Source of the DNA: Diplonema japonicum
Lineage: Eukaryota > Protista > Euglenozoa: Diplonemea
Reading direction: 5' to 3'
DNA: 64,000 nucleotides
NCBI GenBank assembly: GCA_964019335.1
Contig: OZ025652.1
Span: forward strand, 558,001 to 622,000
Shown: piece by piece, positions 28,659 through 40,342 of the stretch
Position numbering within the stretch: the first letter of the stretch is position 1
Layout of the letters: every line of letters starts with the position of its first letter
Program-made: the position numbers and the translations under genes
Notes under the pieces: generated by a model
Database searches by the model: none
What the model saw: only the letters and a program-made list of their open reading frames with translations
What the model was told of the DNA's origin: nothing

Positions 28659-29850
28659 TTTTTTCTTTTTTTTTTTTATCTTCCCCTCTTTTTTTTTTTT
28701 TCGCGTGGGGAAAAAAAAAAAAAAAAAAAAATGTGAGGGGTAGTCAACACTTAATAGGAAGGGAAAAGAAGGAGAAATGAACAAAAAAGAAAAAAAAAAA
28801 AAACTATCCTCTGCGTTTGCGTTATGGCGCACAAGCACTTTTTCTTTTTTTAACCCTCCCCTTTTTAAAAAAGAGGGAAAAAAAAGGGGGGGAGAAGGTA
28901 AAACAAACAGCAGACGGGGAATAGTTCAGGCTTAGCGCAGCACAAACAAATTGTTAAACGTGGTTGTCTTCTTTACACAGAACAAAAAGAATAAAAAAAA
29001 AAAATAAGAGAACACTGAAAAAGGAAATTGTACATAATTATTAGTGACCATGATTGGGTGGTGCCCCGTTTGGCACCACCATTCCAATCAAGAACGCCTT
29101 GACGGTAACTGAGTTGGGAAATTATTATTGAAGGGGATTTTTTTTTTTTTTTTGGTTTGCTACATACCCCACCCCTCTGCGTACCATATGCTCCCAGGGA
29201 TGAATCTATTTATGTGTGTTTTTCTATTGACATCACCGCTGAAAGGGCATGCAAAGCTATGTGTCAGTTAATAATACCCCCCCTTTATTTTCTTTACATA
29301 CACATAAGGCGATCGTGTGGGGCCCGCTTTCTCACCATGGCCTATGCCTGCATGACTAAATAGGAATAACCCCCCAAGAACTAAGGCATGAACCTTAAAC
29401 TGTCCACCACTGGGGGCAAAATTAGAAAACAATTTGAAGGTCCCGGTTTGCCTCGCTTTCACATTGGGGGGTGTTATTTTCATTTTTTTTTTTCCCCGCC
29501 CAAACGCTCTTTTGTGTGTATAAAGAAAAAAAGAAAAAAATCAAAGAAAAAAATCAAAAGATGCTGGAGGGGAGGGAGGGGAGGAGGGGGGAGAGAATGA
29601 AGGTTTTTCTCAGCTTTTATCGTTTTTTCATTCTTTTTTTTTTTCTTTCTCTTTTTCTTCGTTTAAATAGGTGTGTGTGTGTATATGGACACCACAAGGA
29701 AGTGTGCTGATTCGCATTCTCCCCCCCCTTTTTTTTTCTCATTTTTTTATTTTTAGTTTTTTTTATTTCTTCCTTTTTTTTCCCCCCTTCGACTTCGTGA
29801 GTCAAAAAAAAAAAAAAAAAAGAAAAAAAAAGAAAAAAACTATTCTTTTA

Positions 29851-30685
29851 AGGTATGCGTTTTTGCGCTCACCGGCCGCGCTGTTCTTAGTCCCCGTTGT
29901 CCCCGTTCTGGGGGCTCTGGCGGGTTCCTACTGCGGTGGTAAAACTGCGGGGCAGCCTTGTCGGGGTCTGCAACAGGTACGTGTCACGCAAGCCTTCGAT
30001 GCTGCTCATGGTTCGCTCCGGGAGTACTGGCCTCCTGTCATACCCGTGTGTGGTCGGTCCTCCTATACAGCGCGGGGAGTTGACGCGATCCACTCGCGCT
30101 GCTGGGAACGCCGTCCTTCTGCCATCAGCGTGGTACAGGTCCTGGACACGTCTCAGCACATACCTCAGCCTCCTTGCCTTGACGCCCAGGTCCTCCACCT
30201 TGCCCACTTCCCCGCCGTCGTCTAGCGGCAGCTCCGTCTCCCGCTCGAAGTCGAGGGCAAGCTCCAGCGTCGTAACCGTCGTGTGCCGTCCAGGGGCGTC
30301 ATCCCACAGCAAGCCACTCAGCCACCTCAGCACCGGCCAGCAGCCTGTCCATCACCTTCCCCGATGCTCCCAGCCCACGTAATTCGGCCACCGTCGGCGT
30401 CGGGTGTGCCCTTCCCGTCACGACCACCCGCCACGGGTATGTCTGCGTCTGCAATGCGCGGTTCGCTTCCACCGCCGTATCCCTCAGTGTGACCACCTCC
30501 AGCAGGTACCTTTGCACCAACAGGGCCCTCGGCTTGTCTTGGCATCCCCTGGGCACTATCCCGTGGAGCGCCGTCGCGTTCGGCATGGTCGCCGGGTCGA
30601 GTCTCGCATACTCTGCCTTGCCCCGCACCGCATCTCCGAGTTCGCATCGCCAGAGGGCGTGCTCCAGCACCTCGGTGTTGCTGCC

Positions 30686-30687
<2 letters not shown>
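29851..30687 (-). mobile_element. 3' fragment of a non-LTR retrotransposon (frameshifted, 5'-truncated)
   Basis: GC-rich island between homopolymers; E.LEHALWRC zinc-knuckle-type motif; after a frameshift near 30333, WLSGLLW...TLELALDFERET; ends in a stem-loop motif also found at 764-791. Confidence 0.65.
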
Positions 30688-30721
<34 letters not shown>

Positions 30722-32289
30722 CTGCATGTCCAAATTTCCAAAGATTCCTTATTTCAAACTTTCGAAGAAACATCCCTCCGAGGCAAACGAGTGGGCTCAT
30801 CGTTATTTTTTTGTTTTTTTTTTTTGTTTTTTTTTTGTTTTTTGCTGCACTTCTGCAGCAGGCACCCCTCAGATTTTGTATTTGTATTGCCACTTTTATT
30901 TTGAACAACTAGCAATTTTTTTTTCTTCGAGCCAAATTCTAACGGTATTTGGGAAATAAAATATGCAGCGTTACAAAAAAAAACAAGAAAAAAAAAACAT
31001 CATAAAAACCAAAAAAAAAAAAAAGAAGAAGAGAAAAAAAAAATGCAAACTTAACCCGAAGGCAGTAGTGATTTAGTTTCTTTTTTTTTTTTTTAACCTA
31101 CCAGGGAGACAGGCCCCTTCGTTCTTAAGACTCTCCTTCTGAGTATCCAAATAACGTCAAAAATTGGGTTAGAGTTGTCCTTTGGCTCATGATGTATATT
31201 AGCACTCGGGAGGGGAAGAGAAAAATAAAAGCTGTTTTGTGGTTAGTCTGTTACATGCAAAAGAGTATTAGGCCATGAAAATAAGAAGACCCATCTTTCA
31301 TTCTTACAAAAGAAACAGGGGGGGGGGGGGGGGGGATGGGTTCTTGATATTAGGTGAAATAGGTATCCCACCACTAGCCGTTCTTTTTTTTTTATATATA
31401 TATAAAAGTTATTTTTTTTACGCCCCCCCCCGATGCGTACGAAAGAAAATAAAAGAGAAAGATTGAAAGCTGTAAAATCAAACTTGGTTGTTTTTTTTTT
31501 TTTTTTTTTTTTCATGTATAAAAAAAAAAAAAGAAAAAGGGTGGCTACAACGGAGTAGCACACCTTTTTTTTTTCTTCCTTTTTTTTTTTTTCGCCTCTC
31601 CCAATAGGGCTTGGGGGAGGGGGGGTGGTCCAACTGTACTGCTTTCACAGCCAAAGAGACCGGAAAAGAGGGAGATAACATTAAAACAAAACCACTTGGC
31701 CCACCACCCACACATCGTGCAATTAGGGGGGGGGAAAAAGGGAAAAAAAAAGGAAGAAGAAAAAAAAAAAGGGTGTGTGTGACGACAAAAAAAAAAAAAA
31801 AATTCTCACATGAAACACGGGCCAGGAAGTCAGGCCAGAAAAAAAAAGCGAAACAAAAATTCGATCTTTTAACGTCAAGGTAGTAGCCCAACGACACATT
31901 GGACCGAGCTTCTGACCTGTGCGGCAACACCTCTGACATGGCGTGCCTGTTCCCTTTAGAAAGAAGCCTAATGTCATCCATGTTACCCCTGTTTTGTCTC
32001 TCATGACTCGCTTAAGGAGAGGTGTCGTTACGCACCTAGACCCGGCCAAAGGTCTTGCTGCCCCTTAAACAAAAACTTTATTCTTGGAAATGCCACGCGT
32101 GAAAAAAAAAAAAGCCTTCTTGGGGGGGGGTCGACAAGGAAGACCTTTTCCCTTTGACAAAACAAAAGGTGGCACCGATCGTAGAAATCAACGCAACAAG
32201 TTGGGAATGTCCCCCCCCCCCCCCCCCCCCCCATTTCTCCATTCTCCTCACTTCCTCCCCGTTGGTGATCCCCTGTTCTTTTTATATAT

Positions 32290-33877
32290 TGGCATCGTTT
32301 CAAACCCCCCCCCCAAAATGAGGCCAATTGACACTTTCAATATTTCTCTAAGTACTTTTTCCCAAAGAAAAAAAATTCTACAACTTTCCCGGCCCAGGTT
32401 AGGAAAGAAAACACCCCAGAAAATGGGAAAGTGAGTGTTACTAGTACCCAGAAAATTCAGTCCTAGGGGCAAAAATGGGTTTTTTCACTTTGCACAAATT
32501 CAGTAAAAGAGGGAGTGACAAAAATGGATGCTTTTAAACTTGCTGTTGAGAAGCTAGGGGTAAAAAAAAATGGTATTCGGACCGAGAAAGGGTAAATGGG
32601 AACACCACGGCGATCAGGACACTCGCCACAGAGGTTTTTGAGAAGCTCAGTGGCAACGACTGTGCTGCACTAGTTTGTGGCGTAGTGTGTAAAGGGGAAC
32701 TTCTAGCGGCACTTCTGCTATCATTTTCTGGTTGATTTAGTAGCCAACAAGACACCACACGGCGCCAATTGGTCAGAGGCATGAGGCTTGACCACATCAC
32801 ACATGATGAAATAAGGGCAGCTGGCCTTACTGTTGGAAAAGTCTTGTTCCACAGTAGCATGGGCACAGAAAAAAATAAAGAAAAAAATGGAGTGGATACT
32901 CTGGACTGACGGTGGGCGTCACTTTCGTGCAAAGGAATTTTGCTACTTTGTTCTTTTTGGTCTTCGTTATGTATATCCCGATCGGACGTTTTTCCTGTGG
33001 TTTCTGGGGGAGAAACACGGCAAAAACAACAGGGACAGCCACTTTGGTGTGCTCTCTCGTGTTTTTTGGTTTTGGGTGCCTCGTTCCACAACAATTAAAA
33101 CTGTGGAACAAATAGGTAACATCACCAATACGATACGGTGCGCCATGCATGTAGTTACTGATGTCTTTGGCCCGTACAAAAAGAAAATTCTTGAGTTTCC
33201 GGATTTTACAGGTGCATATGAGCTCAGGAGCACACCGGAGGGTGTATTTGCTACGTGTGCGTCCACGAGCTAGAAAGAACTAAAGTACATCATCAAAGAA
33301 CTCGCTGCAGACAGGGCAGAGAAAAGGCCCCCAGTCTATGAATCTTGTGATGAGTATGAGGACGTTCCTGATAGCCTTCCCAGACTTGAAAAACGAGAAA
33401 GAATAGTAACCAAATTACAAAAATACTCGACACCCCATGACAAGCCCAAAGCACCAAGTACACCTACGAATGAGCCTCTTAAAACCCCCCAAAATGCGGT
33501 AGAAGGCCTAATAGTATGAAAAAGAAATGAGGTCGCCCACTCAGCAGCAGCACATCTCAGCCGCAGAAGACTAGGAAATGAAGGTTTCCACTTCCAACAT
33601 CATTTCAGCCACCTTCTAGTAGTGAGTTCCGCTATTTCTTGCTATTGAAAGCATACTCTCTGACTTTACCAAAACCACTAAAACCCGATTTTGACCCTAA
33701 AACTGAATTTTTCATAGGTCAAAATAGCACTCTTGAGCGATTTCTGACCCGGGTTCTTTCCTAATATGGGCCGGGAAATATGGAGAATTTTTTTTAAAGG
33801 GGGCGGCATGCCCAAAGATGCAACGAAAGTGTCAATTGGCCTCATTTTTTTTGGGGGGGGGGTTTTGAAATCGACCC
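32290..33877 (+). mobile_element. Degenerate DNA transposon, Sola2-like, with long imperfect TIRs
   Basis: tttcaaa(c)naaaatgaggccaattgacactttc, ttcccggccca..ttaggaaagaa and aaaattcag..taggg.caaaa.gggtttt are mirrored at 33680-33877; ATAT on both flanks; transposase remnant inside. Confidence 0.78.
32833..33273 (+). pseudogene. DDE transposase catalytic-core remnant
   Basis: WTDGGRHFRAKE...FL.EKHGKNNRDSHFG motif; flanking frames broken by stops and frameshifts. Confidence 0.65.
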
Positions 33878-34373
33878 ATATACCACTGTGAGTAAAGCAA
33901 CATATAGTTTACAGAGATTGATTTACGCCAGAGGAAAAAAAAAAGAGAGTGGAAGGGAGCAAGCTACTGAAGCAAAGCAAAGCAAAAAAAAAAAAAAAAT
34001 GGAAATGGGTTACAATTATAGAAGAACAGGGTCCAGTGTATTCGAATATCTCACTAGTGTCGAACTTTAAAAAAAAAAAAGAAAAAAATCGGAAAAGGGG
34101 GGTGCCAGCAACCGCCCCTCAAAGCAGCCTTCGCCTTGTGTTCTCTTGTCTTTTTTTTCCCCTCCTCGGTCCACTTTTAGTGAAGTGTCCTATTGTGTTA
34201 CTGCAAAAGACTCAATGTGTGAAAAGGAAAAAGAAGGAAGGGGATATGAAAAAGAAAAAAAGAATATAAAAAAGAAAACGAAGAGAGGAGAGGAAGGTGG
34301 GGTAGAGAGACGGGAAACATAAGTTTGAAAAAAAAAAAGCAATTATCTTCTTCGGTTTCATCCAACCGTTTGC

Positions 34374-34407
<34 letters not shown>

Positions 34408-35261
34408 AACTACAAAAAAAGAAAAAAAAAGGAATGTACAGAACGCCAGCGTGTCCGGGTTGTAAGTTTCCTTTTTTTTCCCCCCCTCCAACAATTTTTT
34501 TTCCAGTTTTCTGATTTTTCTTTTTTTTTTTCCCGGAGAGAGCAAAAAAGAGATATAAAAAAAAAAAAAAAAAAAAAAAAAGAGGAAGGTACAAGACACA
34601 TGTAGAAAACTAGCACACTGACAATAATAATTTCTGTTCTTTTTTTAGTTTGCCTATCCCCCCCCTTAAAAAATTGAGATTGAAAGGGGTACTTTATTAC
34701 TATTATTATTTTTTTATCTTTTTTATCTCCTTCTTTTGCACTGTGTGTCCCCATCATATTCATTTTGCAATATGGGGTGGCATTCTCCCCCCCCCATTTT
34801 TTTCTTCTCCTTTTTTTTCCTCCCGTTCTCACCCGTTGCAACTGTAAAGGGGGGCTGCTGTTCGGAGGGGGGGGTTTTTTAAGTGTCAGAAGAGAAGGTG
34901 AATGAAAGCAACGCATTGAAATAAAAAGGGGGGGTCCCCCTCATCTTACACCACCAACCAGTTCTGGCTTCAAACAAGAGTAATAAAGCCCTTTTCGAAA
35001 AAAAAAAGGGAAGGTGGTCTAAGAGGTGGATGTGAAATACAGCTTTGCTGGCCAGTATTTTGTTTACTTCTTGCGACTGGCTTGTATGCTTCACAAAGCT
35101 GCGGTTTACATTAACTTTTTTTTTCCTCTTCTGCATTCCATTCCCCTGCCTCCGCCAGAAATCCCCACAAACAATAAAAAAAAGGGGGGGAAAGGGGATG
35201 AGAGAGGAGAAAGAGATTAGGGTGTTGGTAACAGGGATAAAATTTTCTCCACTCCAATATA

Positions 35262-35318
35262 AAAAAATAAAAATAAAAATAAAAATAAAAATAAAAATAA
35301 AAATAAAAATAAAAATAA
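35262..35318. repeat. (AAAAAT)n microsatellite
   Basis: About 9 tandem hexamers. Confidence 0.9.
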
Positions 35319-36772
35319 AGCAAACGAACAAAAAAAAATCCCCTCAGTTTTCCCTCTTTTTTTATACCCTTGTGGCTTTTTTTTCTTCTTCTTTTTTTAA
35401 ATTTTGGGTTACGAGAATAAGATTGATGGGGGTTACTACACTACCCCCCTTTTTTTTTCTCGCCATTTACCACAAGAAGGGAAAAAAATGAAGGAAAAGA
35501 AAGGGGGGGGGGGAGAAAAAGGGAGTGAAAGGAACTACGGGAAAGAAAGGAGGTGGGTGAGGTTGTAAGTCTGCCTCGGCCTCCCCTTTTTTTATTTGTT
35601 TTTTTTTTTTCTTCTTCCCCTGTTGGTTTTTTGTTTTCAAGTCCCTCGCCAATAAAAAAAAATAATAATAATAATAATTACGAAACATAAAATCAAAACT
35701 TGCATAGCAGGGTAGGGAGGGGAGAAAGAGGAATAGGAAAAGGGGAGGGGGTAAAAAAAAAAAAACCAAAATGGTAGAGGATAGAAATCGTGTAATGAAA
35801 AGTACCAGTTTGCCGCCACTTTGTTTGTTTGTTCTTCTTTTTTTGGTAAGTTAAGAGTCAATTGATTGTGGCTTGTGAACAAGTAGATGGTCGAACCCCG
35901 ACAATGGCACCAACTCCTTTTTTTTTTTTTAACAATAACAAATTCACTATCAATAAATTGCTTTTCCTTTTTTTCTTGTTAACCTGCCACACGCTAGTTC
36001 TATGAAGCAAAAGGCTTTTTTTTTTTTTTTTTTTTTTTGTTTTTGTTCTTGTTCTTTCTCCCCTTTCTCGTTATCTTTTTTTTTTCTTTTTAAAAACCCT
36101 GGTCCATCATCGATTCAGAAAACTACTCTTGAAAGGACGCACCTGCCAAAAATGGGGACATGAAAGAAGAAGGGGGGGAAAAAAAAGAAAAGGAGGGGAA
36201 AAACACGTAGAATAAGGAGAAAAGAAACAGGGGTTAGCAACGACCCACCAGCACGTGGGAGAAAAAAAAAGAAAAAAGAAAAGGAATACCCCCCAACTCA
36301 CCACCAAACTCATGACTATAACGTACTCCTTACCACTCATCGATTTCAGGGACTTTTAACTCTCTTTTCAAAGTTCTTTGCATCTCCATCACTGTACTAG
36401 TTCGCTGTCGGCCTCCGGGAGATATTTAGCCTTAGCAGAGGGATACCTGCCAATTTGTGGCATTCCCAAACTGATCGACTGGACTTCCATATCAATTATC
36501 CCAAAATGTCATTCCTCTCCTCTCCTCCTTTCTTTCCTTGTTTTTTTTTTCCGCTTCTTTTTTTTTTTCCTCTTTTCTTTTTTCCCTGGTAAGCCTTCAC
36601 ACACCCAGAGGGAGGGAGAGGGAGGGAGGATTCTCTTTATGCATTCCATTTAGAGAGGGAGAGAGCAGTTCGCGCTGGGAAAAAAAAAAAAGAAGAAGAA
36701 GAAGATGAAGAAGGGGGAAAAGAAGGAGGGGGAGGTGAAGAGAAAACTTCTTCTTTTTTTTGTTTCCCCCTA

Positions 36773-38914
36773 CTACCGACGCTCGCTAAGCTTTTTAAGC
36801 ACCCTTTGACGAGCCGCTGCAGCGTGCTTAGCGGAGTACACGCCAGAGACGTGTGTGTCATTACCCCTTGAGAGCGATGAGGATGCAGAGATGAGAAGAC
36901 GGTGAGCAGTTACCTCCTCCACAGAAGCAGTAGGGGGCACAGTGACATGAGGAATGCTCTTCCGGATCTTCCTGGACCCCCATGGGGTGTCCACTGTAAT
37001 GTGCGGTGCTTGGGAGTTGCCAGCATCTTGCGATGAGGAAGACAGGTTGGACACTGTCGAGAAGGCAGAGCTGCACCCCCAGGTGGAAGGTGAGGGTGTC
37101 AATGACTCCCTTGAGGTGTGCACATCCAATGACTTCAGCACAACGGGCGTGACTGGCCTCATGGGCACCGGCGTTATCGCCGCTGCCCTGCATCCCGTCT
37201 TCGCAACAAGAGGCCTTGGCGGTGGTAGTGCTTCGTCACATTCCTCGATCAACACCATGTCCTCCAACCTGTGTGGTGCAGTCGACACGCTGTATGCCCG
37301 CCCGCGGCCCTGCCTCTCCACACGGTCTGCCACCCTGTTCGTGAACAGGTTGACGTCGAACACCACCCCCCACCGCATGCACGAGTAGAACCATGACGAC
37401 GGCACTACCGGTACTCCCAGCTGCTGCGCACGCTGCACCTTCGTCGATCCCTCAAACCCTTCCTTGTAGATCACCATGGACACCGTGTCGGTCACTTCTT
37501 CGCTCACCTTGGCTCCTGAGAGGACCGCTGCCCTCCATTCCTCCCATGTCGATGCGTGAAGCGACTTCGGTGTTACGCCCGAAAACACAAGTGTCTTCCC
37601 CACAAACAGCTGCCTGGCGTCCTTCTTCCCCACGATCCTCCTGTTCCCGCATTGGCATGTCGTTGCCGTGTTGATGTTGATGCCCGTGCACAGGCAGCAC
37701 ACCCACTCCTGACGCGCTTCGTCGTCTTCGTTGCTCTGCGGCGCGCATTTCAACTCCTTCGGAGCGGGCCATGGCACAACGGGCATCATGTTGAGCCTCT
37801 CGATGAGCTTGATGGTCTTGAAGTGCTCAGGGCCGAAGACCTCGTAGCGGATGCTGAGGGCCAACTGGTAGGCACGCTTGGCGTACTCGAAGTCTCCGAT
37901 CATGCGCGAGGCATGCCCGATGTGCTCTTGCACTTCAGCACAGAAGGCATGGTTTGGGGTGCGGTAGTACGAGACGAGGATGTCGAAGGCCTTCTCGTGG
38001 TGCTCGATGGCCGCCTGCGGCTGGCCGTGCTGCTTGAGAATGGCACCAACGTTGTTGAGGGAGACGGCGAGCTGCGGGTTCGAGGGGTCGAGTACTTGCT
38101 CCTGAATCTCGACAGCAGCATGCAGCTCTGCGAGAGCCCCCTTAAGGTCGCCCTGGTCGCGCAGCAAGGTGGCAATGAAGGACCTGGCAATAGCAGTGTT
38201 AGGGTGCATCTCCCCGACAGACGCCCTGCGAAGGGAGAGCACTTTGTAGAAGCTTAAGAGCGCGCCCTTAAAGTCCCCTGCACCACGCTTGGCCATGCCT
38301 TCCTCGTGGATGGCGAGGACTTCCTTTTCGATCCGTGCAGCACGCTGCTCAGGCGTCTCGATGACGGTGATGTTGTTCCGGAGGACTTCTTTGTAGTCTT
38401 TGGCGAGCTTCTTCTTGAGGTCGGCGTGCCCGGAAAGGGTGTTGTTGACAAGCGTGGTGTCGGAGGAGGGGGACTTGGAGGGGATGTCGGTCACGATCTC
38501 CGGAGTGCGTTGGAAGGGGCCCTTTGCAAGCTTGCTTCCTGACACCATGCAGGCAAGGGCGGATTTGTATTGTCGGAGGGTGATTTTCTTGCCAGCTTCA
38601 GAGAGGAGTTTCTTGAGGGCACGGCGGATACTGCTCTTGCCGGCGCCGTAGGCGCCGGTGAGGACGGCGCTGCCACCAAGGGTGTCAGAGGTATCAAGGA
38701 GGTCGAAGCCGACCTGGGCGTCGCGGACGGCCTCCGTGCAAACTCCACCAACACGCACGAGCTCTTCCTGCTTCTCCGTCACGACGACCTTTGCCACCCC
38801 GTGCTTACGGGGCAGCATGTCAAGCTCTGCATCATTGCTTCCTTCGGATGATGCCCCAGACGAGCACGCCGAGCTGCTGCGCGTGCGAAGCGGCGACACG
38901 TCTGCCACATTCAT
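36773..38914 (-). CDS. TPR-repeat, RanBP2-type zinc finger and BRCT domain protein
   Basis: Start MNVADV; kinesin-light-chain-like TPRs (HPNTA, AVSLNNVG); W.C..C...N.....C.C; BRCT (LFVGKTLVFSG..GAKV..T..KVQRA...VPVV..SWFYSC). Confidence 0.85.
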   Translation of the reverse strand: MNVADVSPLRTRSSSACSSGASSEGSNDAELDMLPRKHGVAKVVVTEKQEELVRVGGVCTEAVRDAQVGFDLLDTSDTLGGSAVLTGAYGAGKSSIRRALKKLLSEAGKKITLRQYKSALACMVSGSKLAKGPFQRTPEIVTDIPSKSPSSDTTLVNNTLSGHADLKKKLAKDYKEVLRNNITVIETPEQRAARIEKEVLAIHEEGMAKRGAGDFKGALLSFYKVLSLRRASVGEMHPNTAIARSFIATLLRDQGDLKGALAELHAAVEIQEQVLDPSNPQLAVSLNNVGAILKQHGQPQAAIEHHEKAFDILVSYYRTPNHAFCAEVQEHIGHASRMIGDFEYAKRAYQLALSIRYEVFGPEHFKTIKLIERLNMMPVVPWPAPKELKCAPQSNEDDEARQEWVCCLCTGININTATTCQCGNRRIVGKKDARQLFVGKTLVFSGVTPKSLHASTWEEWRAAVLSGAKVSEEVTDTVSMVIYKEGFEGSTKVQRAQQLGVPVVPSSWFYSCMRWGVVFDVNLFTNRVADRVERQGRGRAYSVSTAPHRLEDMVLIEECDEALPPPRPLVAKTGCRAAAITPVPMRPVTPVVLKSLDVHTSRESLTPSPSTWGCSSAFSTVSNLSSSSQDAGNSQAPHITVDTPWGSRKIRKSIPHVTVPPTASVEEVTAHRLLISASSSLSRGNDTHVSGVYSAKHAAAARQRVLKKLSERR

Positions 38915-39046
38915 GACTTGTAGCACTGAAGATGGAATGGAGGAGTTCGCATTGAATGGTGGAAAATATATATCAACGAAGTAGGAAAAAAAAATAAACA
39001 CACACGGAAAATAAGTCAAGTTTTTTTTTGTAGGGGGTTTTTTTTT

Positions 39047-39579
39047 TTATTTCGCTGCAATTTTATCTTCCAGTGCTTTTTCGTTTCTCTGTCTTTGCTC
39101 CATGTTCTCCAGGTCCGCCCGCCTCATGGCCTCCGCCTTGTACGCGTTGGCTTTAAGGGCAGCGGCTCGTTCGGTGGTTTGCTTCATTTTTTCGCATATG
39201 GCGTTAAGTTTTTGGTTGTACGCTGGTATGCGTTCGAAAACCTCACGTACCTCGTCCCCCTCTGCCGCTACCTCATCCAAAGCCCTTCTGTTGGCCATAA
39301 GGTGCTTTATGATTTCTTCGTGCAAAAATGCAGTCTTTGTCAATACCTGTTTTTTTTTCTTTTTTTTTCTTTTTTTAAAGTTCCTCACACCTCCGACATT
39401 GGTTTCATCGTCAGCGAAAAATTTTCATAAAACATCTCGGCCATCACCTGCCCGTTGCTCACCTGGCGCGGGGCCACGTCTTCTATTTCTTGTTTCTCTT
39501 CCTCCCCTGCCTCGTCTTCTTCCCGCAGCTGTTTCTCCACCGCTGGTTGTGTACCGTTTTCATTACTTTCCAAAGTCAT
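39047..39579 (-). CDS. BLOC-1 subunit pallidin/snapin-like coiled-coil protein, 2 exons
   Basis: Exons 39579-39391 and 39346-39047 joined in phase 0 by a 44-nt GT-AG intron; Y..KL..I..KM....ERA..LK..A.K pattern. Confidence 0.7.
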
Positions 39580-39646
39580 TTTTTTTTTTTTTACCCCTTT
39601 CCTTTTTTTTTTTCTCGCTTCCTCTCCCTGACTTGCCATAACAGTT

Positions 39647-39678
<32 letters not shown>

Positions 39679-39685
39679 TTTCCCT

Positions 39686-40276
39686 TCATATTTTCTTTAT
39701 TCTCGTTGCAGGCCGTAAGACTGTAGACTCCTTCAAGGAACGCCTCTCTGAACCAAGCTGTTCAAGCTTCTTATCCTCACTGCACAGCAACGTAGCGTAA
39801 GCCATGTCATCAGCGAAGAGAGGCCGCAGCTCAGCAGGCGGGTCTAAGGAAAGCCCAGTTTGTAACGCGATAATGGCAAGAGAAAAGTCCCCGTTGTTTA
39901 ACAAAGCACGCCCTAGAGAGAGGTGAGCTGGGTGATAACTAGGAGCGCATGAAAGGGCCCGCCGTGCCAAGGACACAGCCTCTTCTGTCGCATTCATTTC
40001 CATGTACACCTGAGACATCATGTCCATCAGCTTGTGGTCCTTGTCGAGGACTTCAACAGAGTCCTCCCATAGCTCTACCGCCGCTTTCCAGTTTTCCTTG
40101 TCTGCAAAGCTCATTCCTTCCTTCTTCAACCGCTCAGCGCGTTCAACCTTACCTTCGATTCTGAGCACCTTCTCGACCTCAACTTCATCGTCATCCGAAA
40201 AAAACTCGATTGGTTTGTTCGTCCGGGTTCGCTTCCAGAACGGCTGTTCTGACTGGACTTCCTGAACCCTCTTCAT
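39686..40276 (-). CDS. Small TPR protein, TTC33-like
   Basis: AERLKKEG...A....W..A...W, MMSQVYMEM, LSLGRALLN.G, DMAYA. Confidence 0.75.
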   Translation of the reverse strand: MKRVQEVQSEQPFWKRTRTNKPIEFFSDDDEVEVEKVLRIEGKVERAERLKKEGMSFADKENWKAAVELWEDSVEVLDKDHKLMDMMSQVYMEMNATEEAVSLARRALSCAPSYHPAHLSLGRALLNNGDFSLAIIALQTGLSLDPPAELRPLFADDMAYATLLCSEDKKLEQLGSERRSLKESTVLRPATRIKKI

Positions 40277-40342
40277 GCCTGGGGATGATGGGACAATGGA
40301 ACAAGAATGAAAAAAAAATGGGGGGGGAGGGGGATGAAAGAA

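Noticed and set aside
29270-29480. Weak inverted repeat aataatacccccc / ggggggtgttatt
   Set aside because: Too short and low-complexity in a homopolymer-rich genome
36107-36510. Possible small spliced gene
   Set aside because: Could not build a consistent frame with recognisable product
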